DNA of 56,336 nt from Caldilineales bacterium (GTDB lineage: Bacteria; Chloroflexota; Anaerolineae; J102), in assembly GCA_013360575.1 (NCBI GenBank), contig JABWBG010000012.1:1-56336 (forward strand), in the 5' to 3' direction. The notes beneath the pieces were generated by a model. It was not told the origin of the DNA, searched no databases, and was given only the letters and a program-made list of their open reading frames with translations. A program made the position numbers and the translations under genes. Positions 27,028 through 35,497 of the stretch are shown here, in pieces (the stretch's first letter is position 1; each line of letters begins with the position of its first letter).

Positions 27028-28544
27028 ACAGCGGCGCGGGCGTGATCCCGGCTCATCAGGCCGAGCCGCCGCTGGTGCTGGCGCTGGATGTGGGCAGCTC
27101 ATCCATCCGGGCGTTGGTTTTCGACCGGTTGGGCCGGGCGATCGCTGGGCTTGAGGCGAAGGAGCCGCATGCGTTCCGCACCGACGCGGCCGGCGCATCT
27201 GAGGCCGACCCCGACGCGCTGCTGCAATTGATCTTCGCCTGCATCGACCGCGCGTTGCAGGCGGCAGGCCCGCTGGCAAATGCCATCGCCGCGGTGGCCG
27301 CCGATACTTTTGTCAACAACATCCTCGGCATCGACGCGCATGGGCGGGCCATCACCCCACTGACCACCTATGCCGACACCCGCGCCGCCGGCGAGGTGGC
27401 GGGCCTGCAAGCCGATTTCGCCGAAGCCGAGACGCACAACCGCACCGGCTGCCGCTTCCATCCCAGCTATCTGCCCGCCCGCCTGCGCTGGCTGCACCGG
27501 GCCGATCCCGACCTTTTTCGCGCGGTCGCCCGCTGGGTCTCGCTGGACGAATACCTCAAGCTGGCCCTGTTCGGCGAGGCCGCGGTCAGCACCTCGGTGG
27601 CAGCCTGGACCGGCCTGCTCGATCGGCGGCGGCTGATCTGGGATGAGCCATTGCTGGCGGGGCTGCCGATTACAGCCGGACAACTGTCGCCCCTGGTCGA
27701 TGCCGATGCCGGCCAGCAGGGAGTGCGCCCAGTTTTTGCCCGGCGCTGGCCCTCGCTGGCGCAGATCCCCTGGTTCCCGGCCATCGGCGATGGCGCCGCG
27801 GCCAACCTGGGCTGCGGCTGCGTCGGCCCGGAGCGCGTGGCCCTGACCGTGGGCACCTCCAGCGCTCTGCGCGCGGTGGCCGTCGCCGATGCCCCGCAAC
27901 TGCCCTCCGGTTTGTGGTGCTATCGCGTCGATGCCCGGCGTTCGTTGCCCGGCGGGGCTTTGACCGAGGGCGGGTCGGTCTACGCCTGGATGCGCCAGAC
28001 CCTGCAATTGGACGATCCCGCGGCGGTGGAGCAGGCATTGGCGGCAATGCGCCCGGATGGGCATGGGCTGACCCTGCTGCCCCTGTTCGCTGGCGAGCGC
28101 AGCCCCGGCTGGGTCGGACACGCCCGCGCCACATTTCATGGCCTGACGTTGGCGACCACGCCCCTGCACCTGCTGCGGGCCGGGCTGGAAGCCGTGGCCT
28201 ATCGCATTGCCCTGGTCTACGCCCAGTTGCGGCCGCTGTTGCCCGCCGAGCCGGAGATCATCGCCGGGGGTGGGGCGCTGCTGGCCTCGCCGGCCTGGTT
28301 GCAAATCATGGCCGATGTGCTGGGCCGGCCCGTCATCGCCTCGGCTGCGCCCGAAGCGACGGCCCGCGGCGCCGCGCTGCTGGCGCTCGAGGCCATCGCC
28401 GCGCTGCCCGACCTATCACAGGCCCCGGTTTTCACCGGCGATGCCTATCTGCCCAACCCCGACCATCACGCCATCTACACCGCCGCCATTGCCCGCCAAC
28501 AGCACCTGTACCAGCGGGTGACCATCCTGACACTTGACACTTGA
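27024..28544 (+). CDS. FGGY-family carbohydrate kinase (gluconokinase-like)
   Basis: ATG at 27024 overlaps the LarA-homolog stop (ATGA). LALDVGSSSIRALVFD, AIGDGAAANLGCG and IIAGGGALLASPAWLQIMADVLGRPV. Confidence 0.8.
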   Translation: MNSGAGVIPAHQAEPPLVLALDVGSSSIRALVFDRLGRAIAGLEAKEPHAFRTDAAGASEADPDALLQLIFACIDRALQAAGPLANAIAAVAADTFVNNILGIDAHGRAITPLTTYADTRAAGEVAGLQADFAEAETHNRTGCRFHPSYLPARLRWLHRADPDLFRAVARWVSLDEYLKLALFGEAAVSTSVAAWTGLLDRRRLIWDEPLLAGLPITAGQLSPLVDADAGQQGVRPVFARRWPSLAQIPWFPAIGDGAAANLGCGCVGPERVALTVGTSSALRAVAVADAPQLPSGLWCYRVDARRSLPGGALTEGGSVYAWMRQTLQLDDPAAVEQALAAMRPDGHGLTLLPLFAGERSPGWVGHARATFHGLTLATTPLHLLRAGLEAVAYRIALVYAQLRPLLPAEPEIIAGGGALLASPAWLQIMADVLGRPVIASAAPEATARGAALLALEAIAALPDLSQAPVFTGDAYLPNPDHHAIYTAAIARQQHLYQRVTILTLDT

Positions 28545-28568
28545 CACCTGGCACCTGACACCTCCCCC

Positions 28569-29216
28569 CTACCCCTCCGCCGCGGCAAACACCTCCGCCA
28601 CATCCACGGCAAAGCCCTGCAGCAGCACCGACGTGGCCTGCTGGCCCGGCGTGAAGCGGCCATGTTCAGCGTAGCGATCCCCTGCCAGCGTCAGCACCAG
28701 GATCTCCGCCCGCTCTTGATCGACAATCCAATACTCGGGGATGCCTGCCTGCGCATACTCCCGCCGCTTCGTTTCCGTGTCGTGCCGCCGATCCTTTGGG
28801 CTGACCACCTCCATCACCAAATCCGCGCCGATCCAGAAACTTTCGGTGCGCCGTGAGGCATTTTTCCGGGCCATAAACACCAAATCTGGCTCGCGGAACT
28901 TACCCGGCCATAGCCGCACTCGTAAAGGAGCAAACAAAACCAGTCCTAATCTCTGCGCCAAAACAAACTGCTCCAATAGCTTGAACAGCAGTCTTGTGAT
29001 CAGTTGGTGTGATTGAGTCGGCATCGGAACCACCTCCAAATGGCCGTGCGAGAATTCGATCAGGTGATTGGTATCCAACGCCAGATATTCTTCCTCGTCC
29101 CAATGCCCCTGCGCCCGATGTTCCAGGTCGGTTCTGCCTCCTCTGGTCGCAGATATTCGAGTGTTTGCATACATGCCTCCGTGAGCGAAACGGCTATCAG
29201 GCCCCGATCCTATCAT
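28569..29216 (-). CDS. Uma2-family (DUF820, PD-(D/E)xK-like) putative endonuclease, copy A
   Basis: EEYLALDTNHLIEFSHGHLEVVPMP, FREPDLVF, ADLVMEVVSPKD and IPEYWIVD. ATG at 29216 after GAGGAA. Confidence 0.75.
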   Translation of the reverse strand: MIGSGPDSRFAHGGMYANTRISATRGGRTDLEHRAQGHWDEEEYLALDTNHLIEFSHGHLEVVPMPTQSHQLITRLLFKLLEQFVLAQRLGLVLFAPLRVRLWPGKFREPDLVFMARKNASRRTESFWIGADLVMEVVSPKDRRHDTETKRREYAQAGIPEYWIVDQERAEILVLTLAGDRYAEHGRFTPGQQATSVLLQGFAVDVAEVFAAAEG

Positions 29217-29292
29217 AATTTCCTCACCCTGTCGAACCCCCTCTGCCCCATACCATCCTGACACTTGACACCTGGCACCTGACACCTCCCCC

Positions 29293-29949
29293 CTACCCCT
29301 CCGCCGCGGCAAACACCTCTGCCACATCCACGGCAAAGCCCTGCAGCAGCACCGACGTGGCCTGCTGGCCCGGCGTGAAGCGGCCATGTTCAGCGTAGCG
29401 ATCCCCTGCCAGCATCAGCACCAGGATCTCCGCCCGCTCTTGATCGACAATCCAATACTCGGGGATGCCCGCCTGCGCGTACTCCCGCCGTTTCGTTTCC
29501 GTGTCGTGCCGCCGATCCTTTGGGCTGACCACCTCCATCACCAAATCCGCGCCGATGAAATACTGTTCGGTCTTGCGATCTCGATGCGATGCGAGCATGA
29601 ACACAACATCTGGTTCCCGAAATTTTCCCGACCACAATTGCACGCGCAGCGGCGAAGTCAAAGCCTCGCCCAGCCTCCGGCTTTTCACAAATCGAGACAG
29701 AACTTGTACCAGAAAAAGGACAATGCGTTGATGCGATAAGGTCGGCATCGGAACCACCTCCAAATGGCCGTGCGAGAATTCGATCAGGTGATTGGTATCC
29801 AACGCCAGATATTCTTCCTCGTCCCAATGCCCCTGCGCCAGAGTTGCGCGATGTTCCAGGTCGGTTCTGCCTCCTCCGGTCGCAGATATTCGAGTGTTTG
29901 CATACATGCCTCCGTGAGCGAAACGGCTATCAGGCCCCGATCCTACCAT
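29293..29949 (-). CDS. Uma2-family putative endonuclease, copy B
   Basis: Same N- and C-terminal sequence as copy A with a divergent middle (..SHQRIVLFLVQVLSRFVKSRRLGEALTSPLRVQLW..). ATG at 29949. Confidence 0.75.
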   Translation of the reverse strand: MVGSGPDSRFAHGGMYANTRISATGGGRTDLEHRATLAQGHWDEEEYLALDTNHLIEFSHGHLEVVPMPTLSHQRIVLFLVQVLSRFVKSRRLGEALTSPLRVQLWSGKFREPDVVFMLASHRDRKTEQYFIGADLVMEVVSPKDRRHDTETKRREYAQAGIPEYWIVDQERAEILVLMLAGDRYAEHGRFTPGQQATSVLLQGFAVDVAEVFAAAEG

Positions 29950-29981
29950 AATTTCCTCACCCTGTCGACCCCCTCTACCCC

Positions 29982-30800
29982 ATGAAACTCTCACTCGTCC
30001 TCTCCACCCAACCAGCGCGGTTCGACGCCGTGGCCTTCAAAGGCGACCTGGCCGCCAATTTTGCCAAGATCGCCGGCTGGGGCTATGACGGCGTCGAACT
30101 CGCTATCCGCGATCCCCGGCTGGTCGACGCCGAAGCCATCGCCGATCTCGCTCGCGGGCACGGCCTAGCCATCCCCGCCATCGGCACCGGCCAGGCCTGG
30201 GGCGAAGAGGGCCTCTCCTTCACCGATCCCGATCCGGCCATCCGTGACGCCGCTATCGCTCGCGTGCACAGCCACATCCCCCTGGCCGCTCGTTTCGAGG
30301 CCGTGATCATCATCGGCCTGCTGCGCGGGATCGTGCGGCCGGGGCTGGCGCCGGGCCAGGCCATGGCCCTGCTGGTCGATGCATTGCGACAAAACTGCGC
30401 CGCCGCCGCCGAACAGGGCGTGCGCATCGCCCTGGAGCCGATCAATCGCTACGAGACCACCCTGATCAACACCGTGGCCGAGGGTTTGGAACTGATCGAA
30501 AAGGTCGGAGCGCAAAATTTGGGCTTGCTGCTCGACACCTTCCACATGAACATCGAGGAGCCTGCGATCGAGGCCAGCATCGCCGCGGCGGGAGACCGTA
30601 TCTTCCACTTCCACGTAGCCGATTCCAATCGCTGGCCGCCCGGCGGCGGGCACATCGACTTCCGCTCCGTACTCGACGCCCTGTTTGCCGCCGGCTACGA
30701 CGGCTTTGTCTCCGGCGAGTTCCTGCCCCGGCCCGACGCGGACAGCGCCGCGGGCCAGGCCATCACTTTTCTTCGCTCACTTTCTCCTTTCCATGATTAG
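29982..30800 (+). CDS. Xylose-isomerase-like TIM-barrel sugar isomerase/epimerase (IolO-like 5-keto-L-gluconate epimerase candidate)
   Basis: YDGVELAI, RIALEPINRYET, LLDTFHMNIEE and FHFHVADSNR (metal-binding E/D/H/E pattern of the AP-endonuclease-2/TIM family). Confidence 0.75.
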   Translation: MKLSLVLSTQPARFDAVAFKGDLAANFAKIAGWGYDGVELAIRDPRLVDAEAIADLARGHGLAIPAIGTGQAWGEEGLSFTDPDPAIRDAAIARVHSHIPLAARFEAVIIIGLLRGIVRPGLAPGQAMALLVDALRQNCAAAAEQGVRIALEPINRYETTLINTVAEGLELIEKVGAQNLGLLLDTFHMNIEEPAIEASIAAAGDRIFHFHVADSNRWPPGGGHIDFRSVLDALFAAGYDGFVSGEFLPRPDADSAAGQAITFLRSLSPFHD

Positions 30801-32298
30801 CGAATTGTTTTTTTCTCTTGATTTAGAGGTTACTGAACAGATAGCCTTATGGCTACACGAAATCAGCGATCTGGCAATCTATCCACGCTCATTGGCCACG
30901 GCCAACCAGGCCTTGTTTGCCCTGGGCCGGGCTGGTGCTGCCAAGAAACTGATCATCGTCAGCCGCGGCGACCAGCCGCCGCCGCCCGGATTCAGTGGCG
31001 AGACGCGCGCCGTCGGCGAGTTGCGCCTGACCCTCTGCCCCACCAGCGCGGCCCATGCCGCCGCGCTCCGCGTAGCCCTTGACTACACGAAGCCATCCTG
31101 TCTGGGGCTGGCAACCTCGGTTGGCTGCGGCGATCGGTTGGGTCTGGCCACGCCGGGGCACATCCAGGCCGTGGCCGGAACCGGTGTGCGGCCCATCCTG
31201 GCCCAGCAATCGATGCGCGAGAACGCCCGCACCGGCCGCACGCCGCAGCAAGTGATCGACGACGCCACCTGGGGCGTGTTCGAGGCGGGCTGGCGGCAGG
31301 GCTACGGCGCCGACGCCGATCATCTCAAAACCACGGCGCATATCGATGCCTGCGTGGCCGCCGGCTACACCTTTTTCACCATCGATCCCGGCGACCATGT
31401 GCAGGATGAGGCCCACACCGCCCCGCCCGCCCATCTTGCAGACATCGTGGCGGCCCTGCCCTGGGCCAGTCTGGAGAGCAACCTTGCGGACTTGCGCGCC
31501 CGCTATCTGGGCCCGGTTTTCGATCTGGACGAAGGGACGCGCATCGCCTTCGACGAAGAGACGCTGTTGCGGGCCGCGGGCAAATATGGCCGGGCCATCG
31601 CCCACACCGCCCGCATGGCCCGCCATCTGGCCGGGCTGACCCCGGATTTCGATCTGGAGATGTCGGTGGACGAGACCGAAACGGTGACATCGGCGGCAGA
31701 GCATTTCTTCATTGCCAACGAGTTGCGGCGGCTGGGCGTGCGCTGGGTCAGTCTGGCGCCCCGCTATGTGGGCCGGTTCGAAAAAGGCGTGGATTACATC
31801 GGCGATCTGGCCGCGTTCGAGGCCAGTTTGGCCCAGCACGCTGCCATCGCCCGCAGCCTTGGCCCCTACAAACTCAGCATCCATTCTGGCTCCGACAAAT
31901 TCAGCATCTACCCGGCCTTTGCCCGGCAGACCGGCGGCCTGGTGCACCTGAAAACCGCGGGAACCAGCTATCTGGAGGCGCTGCGCGTGGCGGCGCAGGC
32001 CGAGCCGGATCTTTTCCGCCGCATCCTCGCTCTGGGCATCGAACGGTATCCCGCCGAACGGGCGACCTACCACGTCTCCGCCGATCTGGCCCGTGTGCCC
32101 GATCCCGCCGCGGTCGCCGACTCCGATCTGCCCCGCTATCTGGATCAGTCCGACGCCCGGCAGGTTCTGCACGTCACCTATGGGGCGGCGCTGGCCGCGT
32201 TTGGCGACGACCTGATCGCCGTGCTACGCTGGCATGAAGAGGCGCATTACGCTGCCCTCGCCGGCCATTTTCGCCGGCATCTACAGTCATTTTTTTGA
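30793..32298 (+). CDS. uxaE: Tagaturonate/fructuronate epimerase (UxaE-like)
   Basis: ATG at 30793 overlaps the upstream gene by 8 nt. GYGADADHLKT, KLSIHSGSDKFSIYP and HLKTAGTSYLEAL resemble the UxaE family as I remember it. Confidence 0.6.
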   Translation: MISELFFSLDLEVTEQIALWLHEISDLAIYPRSLATANQALFALGRAGAAKKLIIVSRGDQPPPPGFSGETRAVGELRLTLCPTSAAHAAALRVALDYTKPSCLGLATSVGCGDRLGLATPGHIQAVAGTGVRPILAQQSMRENARTGRTPQQVIDDATWGVFEAGWRQGYGADADHLKTTAHIDACVAAGYTFFTIDPGDHVQDEAHTAPPAHLADIVAALPWASLESNLADLRARYLGPVFDLDEGTRIAFDEETLLRAAGKYGRAIAHTARMARHLAGLTPDFDLEMSVDETETVTSAAEHFFIANELRRLGVRWVSLAPRYVGRFEKGVDYIGDLAAFEASLAQHAAIARSLGPYKLSIHSGSDKFSIYPAFARQTGGLVHLKTAGTSYLEALRVAAQAEPDLFRRILALGIERYPAERATYHVSADLARVPDPAAVADSDLPRYLDQSDARQVLHVTYGAALAAFGDDLIAVLRWHEEAHYAALAGHFRRHLQSFF

Positions 32299-32345
32299 CG
32301 AAGGACGAAAGATCGCATCATTGCCTCATCGTAAGGAGCCTACGC

Positions 32346-33731
32346 ATGAACGACTATCGCATCGAAAAAGATTCTCTGGGCGAGGTGCGGGTGCCCGCGG
32401 GCGCGCTCTACGGCGCCCAAACCCAACGCGCAGTGGATAATTTCCAGATCAGCGGCCTCCTCTTCCCCCGCAGTTTCATCCGGGCGCTGGGCCTGGTCAA
32501 GGCTGCCTGCGCCCAGGCGAACCAGGATCTGGGCCTGATGGAGGAGGCGATGGCCGCGGCGATTCAGCAGGCCGCGCAGGAGGTGGCCGCGGGCCAGCAC
32601 GATGCCCACTTCCCTCTCGACATCTTCCAGACCGGCTCCGGCACCAGCACGAACATGAACGCCAACGAGGTGATCGCGGCCCTGGCCAGTCGCGCCCTGG
32701 CCGCGGGCGTGCACCCGAACGATCATGTGAATATGAGCCAGTCTTCCAACGATGTCATCCCCACAGCCATGCACGTGGCCGCGTATCTGGAAGCGCAGGA
32801 GGCGCTGCTGCCCGGCCTACAACAGCTCTATGATGCTCTGATCGAAAAGGCGGCGGCGGTGGATGACGTGGTCAAGACCGGGCGCACCCATCTGATGGAC
32901 GCCATGCCGCTGCGGCTGAGCCAGGAGCTGGGGGGCTGGGCCACGCAGATCGGTAAAGGCATGGTGCGGGTGGAGGGGGCGCTGGCCAGCGTGGCCGGAT
33001 TGGCGCTGGGCGGCACCGCGGTGGGCACCGGCATCAATGCTCATCCTGCGTTCGGGGCCCGCGTCGCCGCGGTGCTGGCCGAGCGCACCGGCTACCCCTT
33101 CGCGGCCAACGATAACTTCTTCGAAGCTCTCTCCTCCGCCGATGCCATGGTGGAGCTGAGCGGCCAGATCAAAACGGTCGCGGCCAGCCTGATGAAGATC
33201 GCCAACGACCTGCGCTGGATGAACTCTGGCCCCCTTGCCGGCCTGGCCGAGATCAGCCTGCCGGCGTTGCAGCCCGGATCCAGCATCATGCCCGGCAAGA
33301 TCAATCCGGTGATCCCGGAGGCGGTGATGATGGTCTGCGCGCAGGTGATCGGCAACGATGTGACGGTGACGATCGGCGGCATGTCGGGCAATTTCCAGTT
33401 GAATGTGATGCTGCCGGTGATCGCGTACAACGTGCTGCAAGCAGAGAGGCTGCTGGGCCGGGCCGCGGCGGCGCTGGCTGATAAAGCTATCGCCGGCTTC
33501 AGCGTCAACCGCGAGCGCGTGGCCGCGCTGGTGGACAAAAATCCCATTCTGGTCACCGCGCTCAACCCGGTGATCGGCTATGAAATGGGCGCGCAGGTGG
33601 CCAAAACCGCGTACGCGCAGGGCCGCAGTCTGAAGGAAGTGGCGGCGGAGCTGACCGACCTGACGCCGGCAGAATTGGATGCCCTGCTCGACCCGGCCAA
33701 GCTAACGCGCGGGGGCATCCAATCGGCCTGA
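32346..33731 (+). CDS. Class II fumarase/aspartase superfamily lyase (aspartate ammonia-lyase-like signature)
   Basis: AAGGAG before the ATG at 32346. RIEKDSLGEVRVPAGALYGAQTQRA and the signature GSSIMPGKINPVIPE (NPV.PE resembles aspartase; fumarase has NPTQCE). Confidence 0.85.
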   Translation: MNDYRIEKDSLGEVRVPAGALYGAQTQRAVDNFQISGLLFPRSFIRALGLVKAACAQANQDLGLMEEAMAAAIQQAAQEVAAGQHDAHFPLDIFQTGSGTSTNMNANEVIAALASRALAAGVHPNDHVNMSQSSNDVIPTAMHVAAYLEAQEALLPGLQQLYDALIEKAAAVDDVVKTGRTHLMDAMPLRLSQELGGWATQIGKGMVRVEGALASVAGLALGGTAVGTGINAHPAFGARVAAVLAERTGYPFAANDNFFEALSSADAMVELSGQIKTVAASLMKIANDLRWMNSGPLAGLAEISLPALQPGSSIMPGKINPVIPEAVMMVCAQVIGNDVTVTIGGMSGNFQLNVMLPVIAYNVLQAERLLGRAAAALADKAIAGFSVNRERVAALVDKNPILVTALNPVIGYEMGAQVAKTAYAQGRSLKEVAAELTDLTPAELDALLDPAKLTRGGIQSA

Positions 33732-33732
33732 T

Positions 33733-33816
33733 GGTGGACGATAGACGGTGGAGGATAGACGGTGGACGATGGATCACGCGTCGCCATCGTCCATCGTCTA
33801 TCCTCCATCCTCCGCC
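33733..33816. repeat. GACGATG-family hairpin between convergent genes, right arm overlapping the ROK gene 3' end
   Basis: ggtggacgatagacggtggaggatagacggtggacgatgg - atcacgcgtcgc - catcgtccatcgtctatcctccatcctccgcc. The loop is the reverse complement of the loop of the 11499-11557 element (GGCGTGATC core). Confidence 0.8.
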
Positions 33817-34700
33817 GCGGCCAGGGCGATGGCCCCCAGCACCCCGGCATAGGCCCCCAGCCCCGGCGGCACGATGTAGTCATCGATGGCATCGAGAATG
33901 GCCGGGGCCTGCACGTAGCCGTTCAGCACTTCCTGCACGCGGCGGCGAATGACGGGGAACAGGTGGGCGTTGCTCATGACGCCGCCGCCAAGGATGATGC
34001 GCTGCGGCGAGAGGGTGCAAACGAAGATGGCGAGGGCCTGGGCCAGGTATTCCGCCTCCAGCGCCCAGGCGGGGTGGCCGGGGGGGAAGGTTTCGGCCCG
34101 CTGCCCCCAACGCGCTTCCAGGGCCGGGCCGGCCGCCATCCCTTCCAGGCAGTCGCCGTGAAAGGGACAATGCCCGGGGAAGGGATCGGCCTGCCAGTCG
34201 TGGGGCAGGTGGATGTGGCCCATCTCCGGGTGCACCAGGCCGTGCATGAGCCGGCCGCTAATCATGCCGCCGCCGCCCACGCCGGTGCCGATGGTGAGAT
34301 AGATGAAGGTGTCGAGACCCTGGGCCGCTCCCCAGCGATGTTCGCCCAGGGCCGCGCCGTTCACATCGGTATCGAACCCGACCGGCAGGCCGAACGCCCG
34401 GCGCAGCGGCCCGGCCAGATCGGTATGCGACCAGTTGGGTTTGGGCGTGGCGGTGATGTAGCCGAAAGTGGGGCTGGCCGGATTCACATCCACCGGCCCG
34501 AAGCTGGCGATGCCGAGGGCAGCCAGATCGCATCCTTTGGCCTGCTCCGCGAAAAAGGCGATGGCCCGCCCAATGGTTTCGTCAGGGGTGGTGGTGGGAA
34601 AACGGACTTCAGCACGGATATCGTCAGGCCCAGTTCCGACTGCGCAGACGAATTTGGTGCCGCCAGCCTCGATGCCGCCAAAAAGGGGAGAGTGGTTCAT
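33798..34700 (-). CDS. ROK-family sugar kinase (fructokinase/glucokinase-like)
   Basis: ATG at 34700. [15 protein letters not shown] and a Zn motif region [27 protein letters not shown]. Confidence 0.85.
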   Translation of the reverse strand: MNHSPLFGGIEAGGTKFVCAVGTGPDDIRAEVRFPTTTPDETIGRAIAFFAEQAKGCDLAALGIASFGPVDVNPASPTFGYITATPKPNWSHTDLAGPLRRAFGLPVGFDTDVNGAALGEHRWGAAQGLDTFIYLTIGTGVGGGGMISGRLMHGLVHPEMGHIHLPHDWQADPFPGHCPFHGDCLEGMAAGPALEARWGQRAETFPPGHPAWALEAEYLAQALAIFVCTLSPQRIILGGGVMSNAHLFPVIRRRVQEVLNGYVQAPAILDAIDDYIVPPGLGAYAGVLGAIALAAAEDGG

Positions 34701-34905
34701 GTTGTAGTTGGTTGGTTGGTTGGTTGGTTGGTTGGTTGGTTGGTTGGTTTGTTGGTTGGTTGGTTGGTTGGTAGATTGGTAGATTGGTAGATTGGTAAAT
34801 TGGTGGAGATCGCCAAAAAAAAACGAGAACTCACCAACCAACCAACAAACAAACCAACAAACCAACCAACCAACAAACAAACAAACAAACCAACCAACCA
34901 ACCAT
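34701..34905. repeat. Largest TTGG/TAGATTGG/CCAA hairpin element (arms about 65-100 bp) with conserved core
   Basis: A (TTGG)n + (TAGATTGG)3 arm (34706-34806) is followed by the core ggtggagatcgccaaaaaaaaacgagaac, then a (CCAA/CAAA)n arm (34831-34905). It fills the whole gap between two minus-strand genes. Confidence 0.92.
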
Positions 34906-34909
34906 CACC

Positions 34910-35398
34910 TCACGACAAAGGTTCGAGCAGGATTACGGGGATATGGCGAACGCCGACGCGCTGCGCGTACTGCCGGTAGCCGGGATAGCGGCGCACCGCC
35001 TCCTGCCACAGCGCCTCCCGTTCGGCCCCTTCGGTTTCGCGGGCCAAATACGCGGCCTCGCCCTGGCCTTGCACCGCGGCCCGCACCTGGGGATGCTTGC
35101 GCAGGTTGTGGTACCAGCCGGGATAGTGTTTCTGACCCCAGTTGGAGGCGATGACCACATAACCGCCCCCGGCCACCGGCAGGCTGAGCAGGGGCGTGGT
35201 GCGGGGCAGGCCACTCTTGGCCCCGGTGGTGGTGAGCATGAGGACGGGCAGACCCGTAAGCAAGCTGGCGGCGGAGCGCCGGCCCCCTGTCAGCCGGAAC
35301 ACCGGCCTGTCCAGGTGATGCATGATCCGGGAAAAAAGGTAGGTGCCGGCGAGGGAACCGGCCAGAGCGCGGGTGAAGCGGTAGAAAAGAGAGGTCAT
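34910..35398 (-). CDS. Deazaflavin (F420)-dependent nitroreductase/quinone reductase family protein (DDN-like)
   Basis: LMLTTTGAKSGLPRTTPLL, VVIASNWGQKHYPGWYHNLRKHPQV. AAGGAG upstream of the ATG at 35398. Confidence 0.75.
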   Translation of the reverse strand: MTSLFYRFTRALAGSLAGTYLFSRIMHHLDRPVFRLTGGRRSAASLLTGLPVLMLTTTGAKSGLPRTTPLLSLPVAGGGYVVIASNWGQKHYPGWYHNLRKHPQVRAAVQGQGEAAYLARETEGAEREALWQEAVRRYPGYRQYAQRVGVRHIPVILLEPLS

Positions 35399-35424
35399 GA
35401 GATTACACTCCTTTTTTGCTCACA

Positions 35425-35497
35425 GTGGACGAAGGACGAAAGACGATAGACAAAAGTTCGCGTTACCATCGTCCATCGTCCATCGTCTATCGTCCAC
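35425..35497. repeat. GACGAAG/CATCGTC-family hairpin overlapping the rarD stop
   Basis: gtggacgaaggacgaaagacgatagac .. ccatcgtccatcgtccatcgtctatcgtccac. Confidence 0.75.

Larger units (their letters stand above)
28531..29975. repeat. Tandem duplication (2 x about 722 bp), each unit carrying one Uma2 gene
   Basis: accatcctgacacttgacac..ctggcacctgacacctcccccctacccctccgcc occurs at 28531 and 29253. Unit ends are near-identical (about 310 bp and about 235 bp). The central 170 bp is strongly diverged. Confidence 0.9.

Noticed and set aside
28545-29981. The Uma2 insertion as a transposon or IS.
   Set aside because: There is no transposase, no terminal inverted repeats and no target-site duplication beyond the tandem duplication itself. 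The flanking repeats are direct copies generated by duplication of the unit.
34701-34905. ORFs translating to [11 protein letters not shown].. or [11 protein letters not shown].. across the CCAA/TTGG tracts (also 25614-26714 and 19603-19959).
   Set aside because: These are translations of microsatellite DNA. They merely extend real ORFs upstream of their plausible starts and have no RBS or start context.
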